64,000 nt of DNA from Pontibacter ruber (GCF_023630205.1 NZ_JALPRR010000002.1:300899-364898), one strand, 5' to 3'; shown: positions 49,527 through 59,880, counted from the stretch's first letter. Numbers and translations are program-made. The notes: generated by a model from the sequence alone, not told the origin.

Positions 49527-49763
49527 ATGGAAGCAACATGCAATCAATGCACCCACTGGGAGCAGGACAAAAGCAAAGTGCAACTTCAGAGCAACGACTT
49601 TGGGGTATGTGATGAACTAACCGGCCAGCATGCCATGGAGCCTTCTTATGTGCTGCCACTGGTGCATGAAGGACCTCAGGATATGAAGCCAAAGCAATTT
49701 GAAATGATCACGGGCGCCATGTTCGGCTGCAACCATTTCAGCGAGCGCAAACGCTGGGTATAG
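49527..49763 (+). CDS. small Cys-containing hypothetical protein (78 aa)
   Basis: ATG at 49527 (a TTG at 49515 also exists). Contains CNQC ... C ... C. An intrinsic terminator lies downstream. Support is weak, resting on ORF length and the terminator only. Confidence 0.35.
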   Translation: MEATCNQCTHWEQDKSKVQLQSNDFGVCDELTGQHAMEPSYVLPLVHEGPQDMKPKQFEMITGAMFGCNHFSERKRWV

Positions 49764-49833
49764 TATTCTTTCCGGCCTTTAATCAAGAGACAAAAGGCTG
49801 CAGATAAATTTTGAAATAAGATCATGTATATAA

Positions 49834-49875
49834 CAGAAACCCCCTGCTGTTTTACAGCAGGGGGTTTCTGTTTAT
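49834..49875. terminator. bidirectional terminator hairpin between convergent genes
   Basis: 17-bp perfect stem cagaaaccccctgctgt / acagcagggggtttctg with a 3-nt loop. Flanked by an A-run and a T-run. Confidence 0.75.
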
Positions 49876-49902
49876 GCCGATCATCAGCAGTGAGGGTTAT
49901 AC

Positions 49903-50454
49903 TTACTTCTTCTTGGCAGGTACAGTCCAGAAGTAGATCGTAGAGCCGTCTACATTGATTGTCTGATCCGGCTTCCAATCGCCCATATCAAACGAGTGCG
50001 ACACGATGCGGCTGCCGGGTTTAAGCTGCTCGAGCAGGATAGGACGTAATTTCATGTTTACAGTAGGAAGCAAGTATAACGTTACTACGGTCGCTTTGCT
50101 GAAGTCCGTCTCAAACAGATCGCCTTCTACAAACTTTACTTTATCGGTTACATTGGCCTTTTGAGCATTTGCGTTGGCTTCCTTTATCCGCTCCGGGTTG
50201 ATGTCGATGCCCGTACCGGTGGCACCATACTCTTTTGCGGCCGTGATCACAATGCGGCCATCCCCACAACCCAGGTCATATACCACATCATCTTTGGTAA
50301 CCTTCGCCAGTTTCAGCATGGCATCTACCACCACCTGCCGGGTCGGAACATAAGGCACATCCGGCGTGCGGGTAGCAGTTTCCTGTGCGTGAACAAAACC
50401 TGTTGCACAAAGTAGCAGCAGAAGTGAGCCAAGTAAATTTGTGATAGTTCTCAT
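49903..50454 (-). CDS. secreted class I SAM-dependent methyltransferase
   Basis: 183 aa with a signal peptide. VVYDLGCGDGRIVITAAKEY is the SAM-binding motif I. Confidence 0.78.
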   Translation of the reverse strand: MRTITNLLGSLLLLLCATGFVHAQETATRTPDVPYVPTRQVVVDAMLKLAKVTKDDVVYDLGCGDGRIVITAAKEYGATGTGIDINPERIKEANANAQKANVTDKVKFVEGDLFETDFSKATVVTLYLLPTVNMKLRPILLEQLKPGSRIVSHSFDMGDWKPDQTINVDGSTIYFWTVPAKKK

Positions 50455-50546
50455 CCTATAGGTCTTTAGTTATACATTATACGATTCACTTAATTTGGGG
50501 GATTACCAGCAAGGGTGATGGTTCCTGAATAAGTTTGTAACCAGGC

Positions 50547-51953
50547 TTACAATGATTTCGGAACGGCCTCTTTGGCTTTATCGGACCTTGCTGCAATTTT
50601 CCTGTCGATAGCCGGCAGCACCAGCAGCAGTATAACGCCCACGGCCAGCACACCTACGCCTACAAGCGCTCCCAGACCAGTATAAACCAGGCTGGAGTAC
50701 AACAGGTAAGCACTTGATAAACAAAATATCAGGGGCGTGACAGGGTACAACGGAACACGGAACGGCCGCTCTCGGTCGGGCTCCTTTCGGCGTAAAATGA
50801 ACAGGGCAACTCCAACCAGCAAAAAGAAAAACCAGAAAACAGGGGCCGTATACTCGATCATGGTGGCAAAACCATTGCGGGTCAGAAGCCCCAGGCTGAT
50901 AAGCGCAAGTGAGATAAACCCCTGCACGATAAAGGCATTTACTGGCGAAGAGGTCTGCTCGTTCCACTTACCTAGTATGCCGAACAGCGGAAAGTCTCTG
51001 CCCAGGGCATAATTGGTGCGGGCACCCGTGAAGATAGTGGCGTTGGCAGAGGTCAGCGCCGAAACAGCGACCAGCACCCCGATCAGTAGCACGCCCCCCT
51101 CGCCGAAGGTGATTCGCATCAGATCGCCTGCCACGGCATCAGACTGCGCCATGCCGCTCAGCCCAAGCACGTTCAGGTAAGCCAGGTTAATGAGCAGGTA
51201 TATTATTGTAATGAGGATGATGCCCGCGACCAACGCTATCGCCATGCCCTTTCGCCCGGACCTGAGCTCCCCGGAAATGTAAGCTGCTTCGTTCCAGCCG
51301 CCAAAAGTGAGGAGAACAAAAACCATGGCAAGCCCCAGGGAGTTTGTCTGCCCTGAAGTATCAGAAGCTATACTTGATGCGCCGGCCTGTTCCGGCGCAA
51401 AGAAGAAACCAGCACCGGTGATGATCAGAATTCCCAGTACTTCCACCGTTGTAAGCACTTTCTGGGTGCCTGTACCGACTTTAACGCCAACTATGTTGAT
51501 GCCCGTCAGAACGATCACAACCAGAGACGCATAGATGACAGGCGAAAATTCACCCAACGTATAGATCTGCGTCAGGTAATCGCCTATGATGAAGGAGAGC
51601 AGCGCAATAGAGCCTGTCTGGATGACACTCATCCGCGCCCAGGCAAACAGGAAAGCAAGTCGCTTGCCGTAGGCCCGCCTCAGGAAGTAATAATCTCCGC
51701 CGGTGTTTGGAAAAGTAGTGGTAAGTTCAGCGTAAGAAAGCGCACCGATCAGCGAGACAACGCCACCCAACACCCAGGTCAGCAGAAATATGCCGACACT
51801 CCCGCTATTTGCTGCCACCAGCGAAGGTGTCCTGAAAATACCGGCACCGATCACAATGCCTACGATCACGGCAATGGCATCTGTTAGCCCCAAAGCAGGT
51901 TTTGGCTCGGCTTCTGTTCCAATACGCAAATTGCCCTGGGTTTTCTCCTTCAT
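50547..51953 (-). CDS. APC-superfamily amino-acid permease (paralog of 41946..43379)
   Basis: The ORF track starts at a TTG at 52010. The ATG at 51953 gives MKEKTQGN... . 12 predicted transmembrane segments. Confidence 0.82.
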   Translation of the reverse strand: MKEKTQGNLRIGTEAEPKPALGLTDAIAVIVGIVIGAGIFRTPSLVAANSGSVGIFLLTWVLGGVVSLIGALSYAELTTTFPNTGGDYYFLRRAYGKRLAFLFAWARMSVIQTGSIALLSFIIGDYLTQIYTLGEFSPVIYASLVVIVLTGINIVGVKVGTGTQKVLTTVEVLGILIITGAGFFFAPEQAGASSIASDTSGQTNSLGLAMVFVLLTFGGWNEAAYISGELRSGRKGMAIALVAGIILITIIYLLINLAYLNVLGLSGMAQSDAVAGDLMRITFGEGGVLLIGVLVAVSALTSANATIFTGARTNYALGRDFPLFGILGKWNEQTSSPVNAFIVQGFISLALISLGLLTRNGFATMIEYTAPVFWFFFLLVGVALFILRRKEPDRERPFRVPLYPVTPLIFCLSSAYLLYSSLVYTGLGALVGVGVLAVGVILLLVLPAIDRKIAARSDKAKEAVPKSL

Positions 51954-52465
51954 ACTGCGTCGCGTTCCTGTTATCCTCGGTAAAGCTCTACTGATCCATC
52001 TGCAAGGCAAAGTATAAAAGCCCAGCCATTGGGTGATCAGCGGGTAAAAACATAAAGTATTTTACGTCAGGAACAGGGCACGGCACAAGGGGCAGCGGAA
52101 AAGCTAAGTTAAAGAAGCTATTGCTGCTGTAAGGGCACCATAAGTGTTAGTTAATGTATGGCTATGTTTTTTTCTAAATAGTGTAAAACCAAGAACGAGG
52201 TATGTTGCTACTCATAGCAATGGGTTATACTTAACCAGTGAACATAGGATCGGCAGAAGTAGGTATTCTTTCCCGCTTCCGCCCAAAAGGCTTTGATAAA
52301 GTATGACCATCAGTAGCCTGCCAGCTGATATGGAAAAGCATTTTATACTTGTATTACAAGTATATAGAGGACCGGAAACACAGCAAAAATCACTGCTAAA
52401 ATTTTGTATACATATTAGGCCAAAACTCTCTAAATTGTAAGGTCGAAATTCACCTCATACTGCCA

Positions 52466-54676
52466 ATGAAACACTTCACAAAAAGTATTGCTCCGTTACT
52501 GCTTTTCGTTACCATCCTTTTCTCCTGCTCGGTAAATCAGAAAGTTGCCTCATCAAAAGAGGTGGCGAATTGGAAAGAACAGGCTGCGCGCGTTACCATT
52601 ATCCGCGATGATTTTGGCGTGCCGCACGTGTACGGGAAATCTGATGCAGATGCTGTGTTCGGATTGTTGTACGCCCAATGCGAAGACGATTTTAACCGCG
52701 TAGAGCGCAATTACCTGTGGGCGATAGGCCGGCTGGCAGAAGTAGAAGGAGAGGAGATGCTCTATAGCGATTTGCGTGCTAAACTGTACATGAGCAAAGA
52801 GGAAGCTATCCAGAACTATGAAAAGAGCCCGGAATGGCTGAAGGCGCTTTGCCAGGCCTATGCCGATGGCATTAACTATTACCTGCACACGCACCCGGAA
52901 GTAAAGCCGAAGCTGCTTACACGTTTTGAACCCTGGATGCCGATGTATTTTACCGAGGGCTCAATTGGCGGCGACATCGAAAGTATATCTACCGAAAGGA
53001 TCAAGGCTTTTTATGGAAGCAACAAATCGTTGGGCTACAACAACTATAAAACAGGGCTGGTAAAACCAGGTATACTTGACGAACCAAAAGGGTCCAACGG
53101 GTTCTCGATCTCCGGAAAACATACAGCTTCAGGCAATGCTATGCTGCTCATCAACCCGCATACTTCTTTCTTCTTCCGTGGCGAAGTGCATGCCGTGAGC
53201 GAGGAAGGACTGAATGCGTATGGCGCCGTTACCTGGGGGCAGTTTTTCGTGTACCAGGGTTTTAACGAAAAGCTTGGCTGGATGCATACTTCTGCTTATT
53301 CTGATGTAATCGATGAGTTTGAAGAAACCATCGTGAAGCAGGATGGCAAGCTGTTTTACAAGTATGGCGAAGCGCTTCGCCCGGTCTCTACTTCTGAAGT
53401 AACACTGTCGTACAAATCCGGCAACGAAGTAAAGCAGAAGACCTTTGCCACCTACCGCACACACCACGGCCCGATCACGCACCAGAACGGCGACAAGTGG
53501 GTAGCCACCGCCCTGATGTGGAAACCGGTAGAGGCGCTGACGCAGTCGTATATCCGCACCAAGCAGACCAACCTGCAGGAGTTCAACGAGATGATGAAGA
53601 TGCGTACCAACTCCTCGAACGCCACTGTATATGCCGATGCTGATGGCAACATTGCCTACTACCACGGCAACTTTTTCCCGCGCCGCGATACCTCGTTCGA
53701 CTACTCCAAACCCGTTGATGGCAGCAACCCGAAAACCGACTGGAACGGCCTGCATACGCTGGAGGAGACCATTCGCCTGATAAACCCGCCGAATGGCTGG
53801 ATACAAAACTGTAACTCAACGCCGTTTACAAGCGCCGGAGAGTATAGCCCCAAAAAAGAAGATTACCCGGTTTACATGGCACCGGCACCGGAGAACTTCC
53901 GTGGCGTGCACGCTATTCGCCTGCTCAAAAAAGCAAACAACCTGACGCTCGACAAGCTGATCGAACTGGCTTACGACCCCTACCTGCCGGGCTTTGAAAT
54001 GCTGATACCGGGGCTTGTGAAAGCCTACGACAAGCAGAAGCCAAACGACCCGAAACTGAAGGAAGCCATTGACGTGATGCGCAAGTGGGACTATGCAGTG
54101 TCAAAGGAATCAGTGGCGATGTCGCTGGCTCATTTTTATGCTACTAATTTAACCAAGAACGGCAGCGCACCTAAAAACATGGGCCTGATGGAGCGCTTTG
54201 ATTATTATACCAACACAGCCCCAGAGCAGGAACGCCTGGAAATTTTCAGCCAGACGATTGCGCAACTGGAGAAAGACTTTGGCAAGTGGAACACCCCGTG
54301 GGGCGAGATCAACCGCTACCAGCGTCTTAACGGCGATATCAAGCAGGTGTTTGATGACAGCAAGCCGAGTTTGCCAATTGGGATGGCTTCCGGAAACTGG
54401 GGAGCACTAGCCTCTTACGGAGCAAACTCTTACAACACCAAACGCCTTTACGGTACATCGGGCAACAGCTTTGTGGCCGTAGTGGAGTTTGGCGATAAGG
54501 TAAAGGCAAAGAGTATGCTGGCCGGCGGCCAGAGCGGCGACCCGAATTCACCGCACTTCGACGACCAGGCGCAGCGTTACGCCGATGTGAAGTTCAAAGA
54601 TGTAGCCTACTACCGCGAGGATGTAGAGAAGCGCGCAAAAGCAACCTACCACCCGGGCGAGGAAGTGAAAAAGTAA
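52466..54676 (+). CDS. penicillin-acylase-family Ntn-hydrolase (PvdQ/AHL-acylase-like), secreted
   Basis: 736 aa with a signal peptide. The internal GSNGFSISGKHTASG provides the N-terminal Ser nucleophile after autoproteolysis. Family-wide conservation. Confidence 0.82.
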   Translation: MKHFTKSIAPLLLFVTILFSCSVNQKVASSKEVANWKEQAARVTIIRDDFGVPHVYGKSDADAVFGLLYAQCEDDFNRVERNYLWAIGRLAEVEGEEMLYSDLRAKLYMSKEEAIQNYEKSPEWLKALCQAYADGINYYLHTHPEVKPKLLTRFEPWMPMYFTEGSIGGDIESISTERIKAFYGSNKSLGYNNYKTGLVKPGILDEPKGSNGFSISGKHTASGNAMLLINPHTSFFFRGEVHAVSEEGLNAYGAVTWGQFFVYQGFNEKLGWMHTSAYSDVIDEFEETIVKQDGKLFYKYGEALRPVSTSEVTLSYKSGNEVKQKTFATYRTHHGPITHQNGDKWVATALMWKPVEALTQSYIRTKQTNLQEFNEMMKMRTNSSNATVYADADGNIAYYHGNFFPRRDTSFDYSKPVDGSNPKTDWNGLHTLEETIRLINPPNGWIQNCNSTPFTSAGEYSPKKEDYPVYMAPAPENFRGVHAIRLLKKANNLTLDKLIELAYDPYLPGFEMLIPGLVKAYDKQKPNDPKLKEAIDVMRKWDYAVSKESVAMSLAHFYATNLTKNGSAPKNMGLMERFDYYTNTAPEQERLEIFSQTIAQLEKDFGKWNTPWGEINRYQRLNGDIKQVFDDSKPSLPIGMASGNWGALASYGANSYNTKRLYGTSGNSFVAVVEFGDKVKAKSMLAGGQSGDPNSPHFDDQAQRYADVKFKDVAYYREDVEKRAKATYHPGEEVKK

Positions 54677-54693
54677 AGTATAAACAAAGTATA

Positions 54694-54728
54694 AAAAGCG
54701 GCTTAAACTATGGTTTAAGCCGCTTTTC
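54694..54728 (+). terminator. intrinsic terminator
   Basis: aagcggcttaaac tatg gtttaagccgctt followed by TT. Two AAGTATAAA copies lie immediately upstream. Confidence 0.8.
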
Positions 54729-54938
54729 GCTTTACTGATAGATAGTTCTTTGTTGTGGACCCTTCTCGAAAGTTCTACCTGAACTTAACCATAAGAACTA
54801 TGTGATCAAAGTTTATCATCTTTAAGGAAAGGATGTGTTGCATGCCGGAAACAGGAAGTTCTGAAAATAGAGCGTGCGTAACAAAAGCAGCAATAGGAGA
54901 GTTTTACCCTTGTTGTCAATTTTGAAATCTTATTATAA

Positions 54939-55541
54939 ATGGATACTGCTAGCCTTATTGAATGGGGAGGCTTCCTCATTATTGCGATACTGATTTTTGC
55001 TGAGACAGGATTACTGATCGGGTTGGTAGTGCCTGGGGGAGAAACATTGGTTTTCACGGCTGGTCTGCTGGTTAGTACCGATTCATTAAGTGTTCCTGTA
55101 ACCATACTACTGATCTCCCTGATCGTGGCAGGAATCGTGGGGGACACTTCGGGATATTATATCGGCAAGAAATTCGGAAGAAAACTCTATGACAAGAGAG
55201 ATACCTGGTACTTCAAAAAGAAGTATCTGTACTTGGCTGCAGACTACTTTGCTAAGCACCGGAAAGCTGCCATAATCTTTGGTAAATATTTGCCTATTAT
55301 CCGACCCTTCAGCCCTGTGATTTCCGGAACAACGAACATGAAGTTTTCTGTATTTATATTCCTGACTGTCGTGGCAAGTATACTTTATATGAGCACCTAT
55401 GTGCTGGCAGGATATTTTCTTGGGAATCAATTCCCTGAAATAAAAGAGTACCTGGGCTGGATTGTGCCCATCAGTATCGTAGTGGCTCTTATTCCTGTAT
55501 TTAAACAGTTAAGGAAAGCAAAGAGCAATGCACAGGTTTAG
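54939..55541 (+). CDS. DedA/SNARE-associated family membrane protein
   Basis: 200 aa. FAETGLLIGLVVPGGETLVFTAGLL is the DedA signature. Confidence 0.8.
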   Translation: MDTASLIEWGGFLIIAILIFAETGLLIGLVVPGGETLVFTAGLLVSTDSLSVPVTILLISLIVAGIVGDTSGYYIGKKFGRKLYDKRDTWYFKKKYLYLAADYFAKHRKAAIIFGKYLPIIRPFSPVISGTTNMKFSVFIFLTVVASILYMSTYVLAGYFLGNQFPEIKEYLGWIVPISIVVALIPVFKQLRKAKSNAQV

Positions 55542-55678
55542 AGCTTTGGTGAGATCTCTCTTTTCGTATTTAACTGCGGGATCTACTTCCGGGGTATTGC
55601 TGTAATCGCAGCTCTGCCTCCCTCCATACTTACCGCTGTTTCGTACAACCCAAGGTATAGCTCAGAGAAGTATAAAGT

Positions 55679-56485
55679 ATGAAGTTAGGAAAGATAAAAG
55701 TGGCGGCCGTGCAGATGGGCTGCATACTGGGTGACCGGGAAGCCAATTTACGCAAGGCAGAAACGCTGATGGGAGAGGCGATAAAGGCAGGGGCAAAGCT
55801 GGTTGTGTTGCCGGAACTGTTTAATACCGGTTACCGCGTAGAGGAGCGGGACGTGGAGCTGGCAGAAACGATACCCGGCCCTACCGTGGAGTGGATGCAG
55901 GTACTTGCCCGCCGGCACAATTTATACCTGGTGGCGGCCATCCTGGAGCATGGGCTAACGAAAGGCATTGTGTACGATACAGCCGTTATCGTAGGCCCGG
56001 ATGGACTGCTGGGTACGTACCGGAAAACGCACCTGTGGGATGTAGAAAGTATACGCTTCACCAAAGGCGAGGAGTTCCCGGTTTTCCAGACGGAGTTCGG
56101 TACCATCGGTCTTCAGATCTGCTATGAAGTTGGTTTTCCGGAAGGCGCCCGCGTGCTTACCCTGAAAGGTGCCGACATCATTTTATACCCTTCTGCTTTC
56201 GGCAAAGCCCGTGAGTATGCCTGGAAGATTGCCACCCGCTCCCGTGCCCTGGAGAACGGCGCATACGTAATTGCGGCAAACCGTACCGGCACCGAAAAGG
56301 AGGTAACCGAGTTTGGCGGCGGCAGCTGCATTGTAAACCCCTGGGGCGAAGTTATCGACGAGGCCAGCCAGGAAGACGAGGTGATCGTGTCGGAAATAGA
56401 TCTGCAGGAAGTGATCGATCAGCGTCGCCGGCTCCCATACCTCCGGGATATGAACAAGTCGCTTTTCGCCAAGGAGTACCGCTAA
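55679..56485 (+). CDS. carbon-nitrogen hydrolase (nitrilase superfamily)
   Basis: 268 aa. E-K-C triad: LPELF, YRKTHL, ICYEVGFPE. Confidence 0.85.
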   Translation: MKLGKIKVAAVQMGCILGDREANLRKAETLMGEAIKAGAKLVVLPELFNTGYRVEERDVELAETIPGPTVEWMQVLARRHNLYLVAAILEHGLTKGIVYDTAVIVGPDGLLGTYRKTHLWDVESIRFTKGEEFPVFQTEFGTIGLQICYEVGFPEGARVLTLKGADIILYPSAFGKAREYAWKIATRSRALENGAYVIAANRTGTEKEVTEFGGGSCIVNPWGEVIDEASQEDEVIVSEIDLQEVIDQRRRLPYLRDMNKSLFAKEYR

Positions 56486-56602
56486 TTTAACCCTTTCGCC
56501 AGCAGCTGTTTTAAGAACCAGGCTCAGCTACCGTGCGTACCTCCTTTAACATTGCTGCCTGATCTTCAGGCTGATTTTATACAAGTATAAAAATCAAATG
56601 AC

Positions 56603-57493
56603 ATGGCTAAGAAAGAAATTCTCGTTGCGTATGGTATTGATGTAGATGCGGTAGCCGGCTGGCTTGGCTCTTATGGCGGTGAAGATTCCCCGGACGATAT
56701 CTCCCGGGGTTTGTTTGCCGGTGAGATCGGCACGCCACGCCTGCTCAAGCTCTTCGACAAGTATAACATCAAAACCTCCTGGTTCATACCGGGCCATTCC
56801 ATTGAGACTTTTCCGGAACAGACACGCATGGTAGTGGATGCCGGCCATGAAATAGGCGTACACGGCTACTCGCACGAGAACCCGATTGCCATGACAGCAC
56901 AGCAGGAAGAAGACGTGCTGCTCCGATGCATTGACCTGATCACGAAAGTGTCAGGCAGAAGGCCTACCGGCTATGTGGCCCCCTGGTGGGAGTTCTCCAA
57001 CATCACCAACGAGCTGCTGCTCAAGAACGGCATCAAATATGATCACAGCCTGATGCACAACGATTTCCAGCCATACTATGTACGCGTGGGCGACAAATGG
57101 ACCAAGATCGACTACAACCAGCCCGCCTCCTCCTGGATGAAGCCTTTGGAGCGTGGCCATGAAACCGACCTGATCGAGATTCCGGCTAACTGGTACCTGG
57201 ACGACCTTCCTCCGATGATGTTCATCAAGAAGTCGCCAAACAGCCATGGCTTTGTAAACCCGCGCGACATCGAACAGATGTGGAAAGACCAGTTCGACTG
57301 GGTGTACCGCGAGTACGATTATGCCGTGTTCCCGATGACGATACACCCCGATGTGAGTGGCCGCCCGCAGGTGCTGCTCATGCACGAACGACTGATCGAG
57401 TACATCAACAGCCACGAAGGCGTGCGCTGGGTAACCTGCGATGAAATGGCTGATGATTTTGCCCGCCGTTTCCCAAGAAACAAGCAAAGCTAA
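56603..57493 (+). CDS. polysaccharide-deacetylase-family protein (PuuE/chitooligosaccharide-deacetylase-like)
   Basis: 296 aa. [13 protein letters not shown] ... [14 protein letters not shown] ... [14 protein letters not shown] are NodB-fold motifs. Confidence 0.72.
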   Translation: MAKKEILVAYGIDVDAVAGWLGSYGGEDSPDDISRGLFAGEIGTPRLLKLFDKYNIKTSWFIPGHSIETFPEQTRMVVDAGHEIGVHGYSHENPIAMTAQQEEDVLLRCIDLITKVSGRRPTGYVAPWWEFSNITNELLLKNGIKYDHSLMHNDFQPYYVRVGDKWTKIDYNQPASSWMKPLERGHETDLIEIPANWYLDDLPPMMFIKKSPNSHGFVNPRDIEQMWKDQFDWVYREYDYAVFPMTIHPDVSGRPQVLLMHERLIEYINSHEGVRWVTCDEMADDFARRFPRNKQS

Positions 57494-57503
57494 GTAGAAG
57501 CCT

Positions 57504-57833
57504 ATGTGCGTATTATGTACAGGAGCCATCCTGCAGGTGCACTGGACTGATCGGAGAACTGCCGAGGGCGCTGCTGTACCTGGCGAAGACCAGCTGCGGT
57601 TCTATAGAAGAGGGCGCCTGCACCGGGCGGGCCTTGCCAATAAGATCCTGTGCCACTACGGTCTGAAAGTAGAGGATTGGAACGGAAGTAAGTTTGTGCT
57701 GAGCGATAGAAAAGGAAGGCAGGAGATCATAGAAGATCTGGGTGGGCTGTGGCCGGCTGCCGAAAAACTGGTTGGCTACAAACTCAACCCGCTGGATTCT
57801 GTGCTGATCGGGAAATTGAAACATAATGTCTAA
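57504..57833 (+). CDS. hypothetical small protein, translationally coupled to the COG0523 GTPase
   Basis: 109-aa ORF ending in ATGTCTAA, which overlaps the next gene's start. No recognised family. Confidence 0.4.
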   Translation: MCVLCTGAILQVHWTDRRTAEGAAVPGEDQLRFYRRGRLHRAGLANKILCHYGLKVEDWNGSKFVLSDRKGRQEIIEDLGGLWPAAEKLVGYKLNPLDSVLIGKLKHNV

Positions 57834-58842
57834 ACAGAACAAGCTTCCTATAACGGTTGTCACAGGTTTCCTGGGGAGTGGCAAAACTACTTTGTTGCAG
57901 CAGGTACTCCGGCAGCCTGGCATGCAGGACACGGCCGTATTGGTAAACGAGTTCGGCAAAGTAGGCCTGGACCATCACCTGCTGCAGGTGATGGAAGAAA
58001 GCACCATTCTGCTGGGAGGAGGCTGCGTGTGCTGCAGTACCCGCGATGATCTGGTGGAGGGCTTAAGCCAGCTGTTGAACAGGGTAGAGCGGGGAGAGCG
58101 TGCCAGCATACGGAAGGTTGTAATTGAAACGACCGGACTTGCCGATCCGGCGCCGATCGTGTTCACAGTTTTATCGCACCCGGTATTGCAGCACCATTTC
58201 TACATCGAAAACGTGATCGTGACGGTGGATGCCGTGAACGGGCTCTTCCATTTGCACAACCAACCAGAATCTGTGAAACAGGTCCTGGTGGCAGATAAAC
58301 TCATCATTACCAAAACAGATCTTGCTAAGGCCAACGAGGTGGAGCAACTGGTACAGGAGCTGCAGGCCATTAATCCGTCCTCAGAAGTACATACTGCAGT
58401 GTACGGCGCTGCAGACGCAGCTATACTTTTCACTCCTGCAGCAGCATCTGGTAGAAAATCCGAACGTATGGTAGCGGCAAGTATGGCCTCGGGTGCGCAT
58501 ACGCAGGATGTCAGCTCCGTTTCCATCACCTTTGAAAAGCCATTGGACTGGACAGCTTTTGGTCTGTGGCTGAGTATGCTGCTGCACGCCAAAGGCGAAG
58601 ACATCATGCGTGTGAAGGGCCTGCTGGACATCGGCGGACCGGGACCTGTGGTACTGAATGGGGTTCAGCACATCATTCACCCGCCCGATCACCTGGAAGA
58701 ATGGCCAACCGAAGAGCGCATTTCAAGCCTTGTCTTTATCATGCGGCGAGTAGACCCGCAGGACATACTCGCCTCGTTAGAGGCTTTCCAACAGACCTTT
58801 GATGTAGAGCACAACCTGCCCCGCATGGAGGTGCTGCTGTAG
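57826..58842 (+). CDS. COG0523 (CobW/ZigA/YciC-like) metallochaperone GTPase
   Basis: 338 aa. VVTGFLGSGKTTLL is the P-loop. CxCC in LGGGCVCCSTR. Has the C-terminal CobW_C domain. Confidence 0.85.
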   Translation: MSKQNKLPITVVTGFLGSGKTTLLQQVLRQPGMQDTAVLVNEFGKVGLDHHLLQVMEESTILLGGGCVCCSTRDDLVEGLSQLLNRVERGERASIRKVVIETTGLADPAPIVFTVLSHPVLQHHFYIENVIVTVDAVNGLFHLHNQPESVKQVLVADKLIITKTDLAKANEVEQLVQELQAINPSSEVHTAVYGAADAAILFTPAAASGRKSERMVAASMASGAHTQDVSSVSITFEKPLDWTAFGLWLSMLLHAKGEDIMRVKGLLDIGGPGPVVLNGVQHIIHPPDHLEEWPTEERISSLVFIMRRVDPQDILASLEAFQQTFDVEHNLPRMEVLL

Positions 58843-58856
58843 CGCTTTATACTTCC

Positions 58857-59681
58857 TTACAGAAAATACTTTTCGATCGCTACCGCCACGCCATCCTCTA
58901 TACTATTGAGTGTGATCTCATCTGCGACTGCTTTTACTTCTTCGCGGGCGTTACCCACAGCAATGCCTAAGCCTGCCGCACGCAGCATGTCAATGTCGTT
59001 GTAGTTATCCCCGAAGGCCACTACTTCCGAGATATCGATGTTAAACTGATGCCGGAGAACCAGCTCGAGTGCGGTTGCCTTTGAGATTGCTTTAGGCGCA
59101 ATTTCGAGGTAGGTGGATTTGGACCGGTAGATATGGATCTGGTCTGCAAATTGCGCTTCGAGTTTGGTTGCCATTTCAAAGATCTCCTCTTCAGGACCCA
59201 TGCACATAACCTTGTGTGCACCCGTACCCGCCATCTGCCAATTGTCCAGGATGGGGTGAAGTTCTGTTACTTGGGCGGATACTTTGGTCACGCGCTGCTC
59301 TTTTTCAGTCCATTGATCCATTTGGGGAGCATGCCAGTCGTCGTTAGCATACAAACTTACGTGGATGGAGGTGCCATGCGCCAGCGCAACAATAGCAAGG
59401 CAAAGCGTTGCGGGTATCTGGATGGTATTGATGACAGCAGGCGTAATGGAGCCGCTTTCAAAACTGAGCACATAACCCCCGTTAAAACAGATAAGCGGGT
59501 GATGCAAGATATTCAGTTCCTGTTGCAAATGGCGCATTGCACTGGGCATGCGCGACGAGGCAAGTATAACGGGTGTTTGCTTATCCAGATTCCGGATGGC
59601 CTTGATGGTTCTTTCGGATAATTCCCTGCGGCTATCCAGAAGGGTGCCGTCTATATCAGTACAAAGAGCGCGGTAATTCAT
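58857..59681 (-). CDS. Cof-type HAD-IIB hydrolase
   Basis: 274 aa. MNYRALCTDIDGTLL (DxDGT) and the C-terminal GDNYNDIDML. Confidence 0.85.
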   Translation of the reverse strand: MNYRALCTDIDGTLLDSRRELSERTIKAIRNLDKQTPVILASSRMPSAMRHLQQELNILHHPLICFNGGYVLSFESGSITPAVINTIQIPATLCLAIVALAHGTSIHVSLYANDDWHAPQMDQWTEKEQRVTKVSAQVTELHPILDNWQMAGTGAHKVMCMGPEEEIFEMATKLEAQFADQIHIYRSKSTYLEIAPKAISKATALELVLRHQFNIDISEVVAFGDNYNDIDMLRAAGLGIAVGNAREEVKAVADEITLNSIEDGVAVAIEKYFL

Positions 59682-59880
59682 TGATTGTAAAATATTGTGT
59701 ATCAGGAGTGTTTTGCATAATCCTGATTTCTAAAAGTGTAAAGGTACTATAAAATGACTACACGGCTGGCATTGGAGTGAAGTACGTTAAATCATAAGGC
59801 CTCACAAAATAGGAGAGGAGCCGCTTCGAGAAGAGGAAGACATCTTATTAACAAAGCTAAAACACCAGAAACAAAAAAGA

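Noticed and set aside
53129-53806. 225-aa antisense ORF in the penicillin-acylase gene, and similar ORFs at 56951-57529 and 60426-61124
   Set aside because: Nested antisense to well-supported conserved genes.
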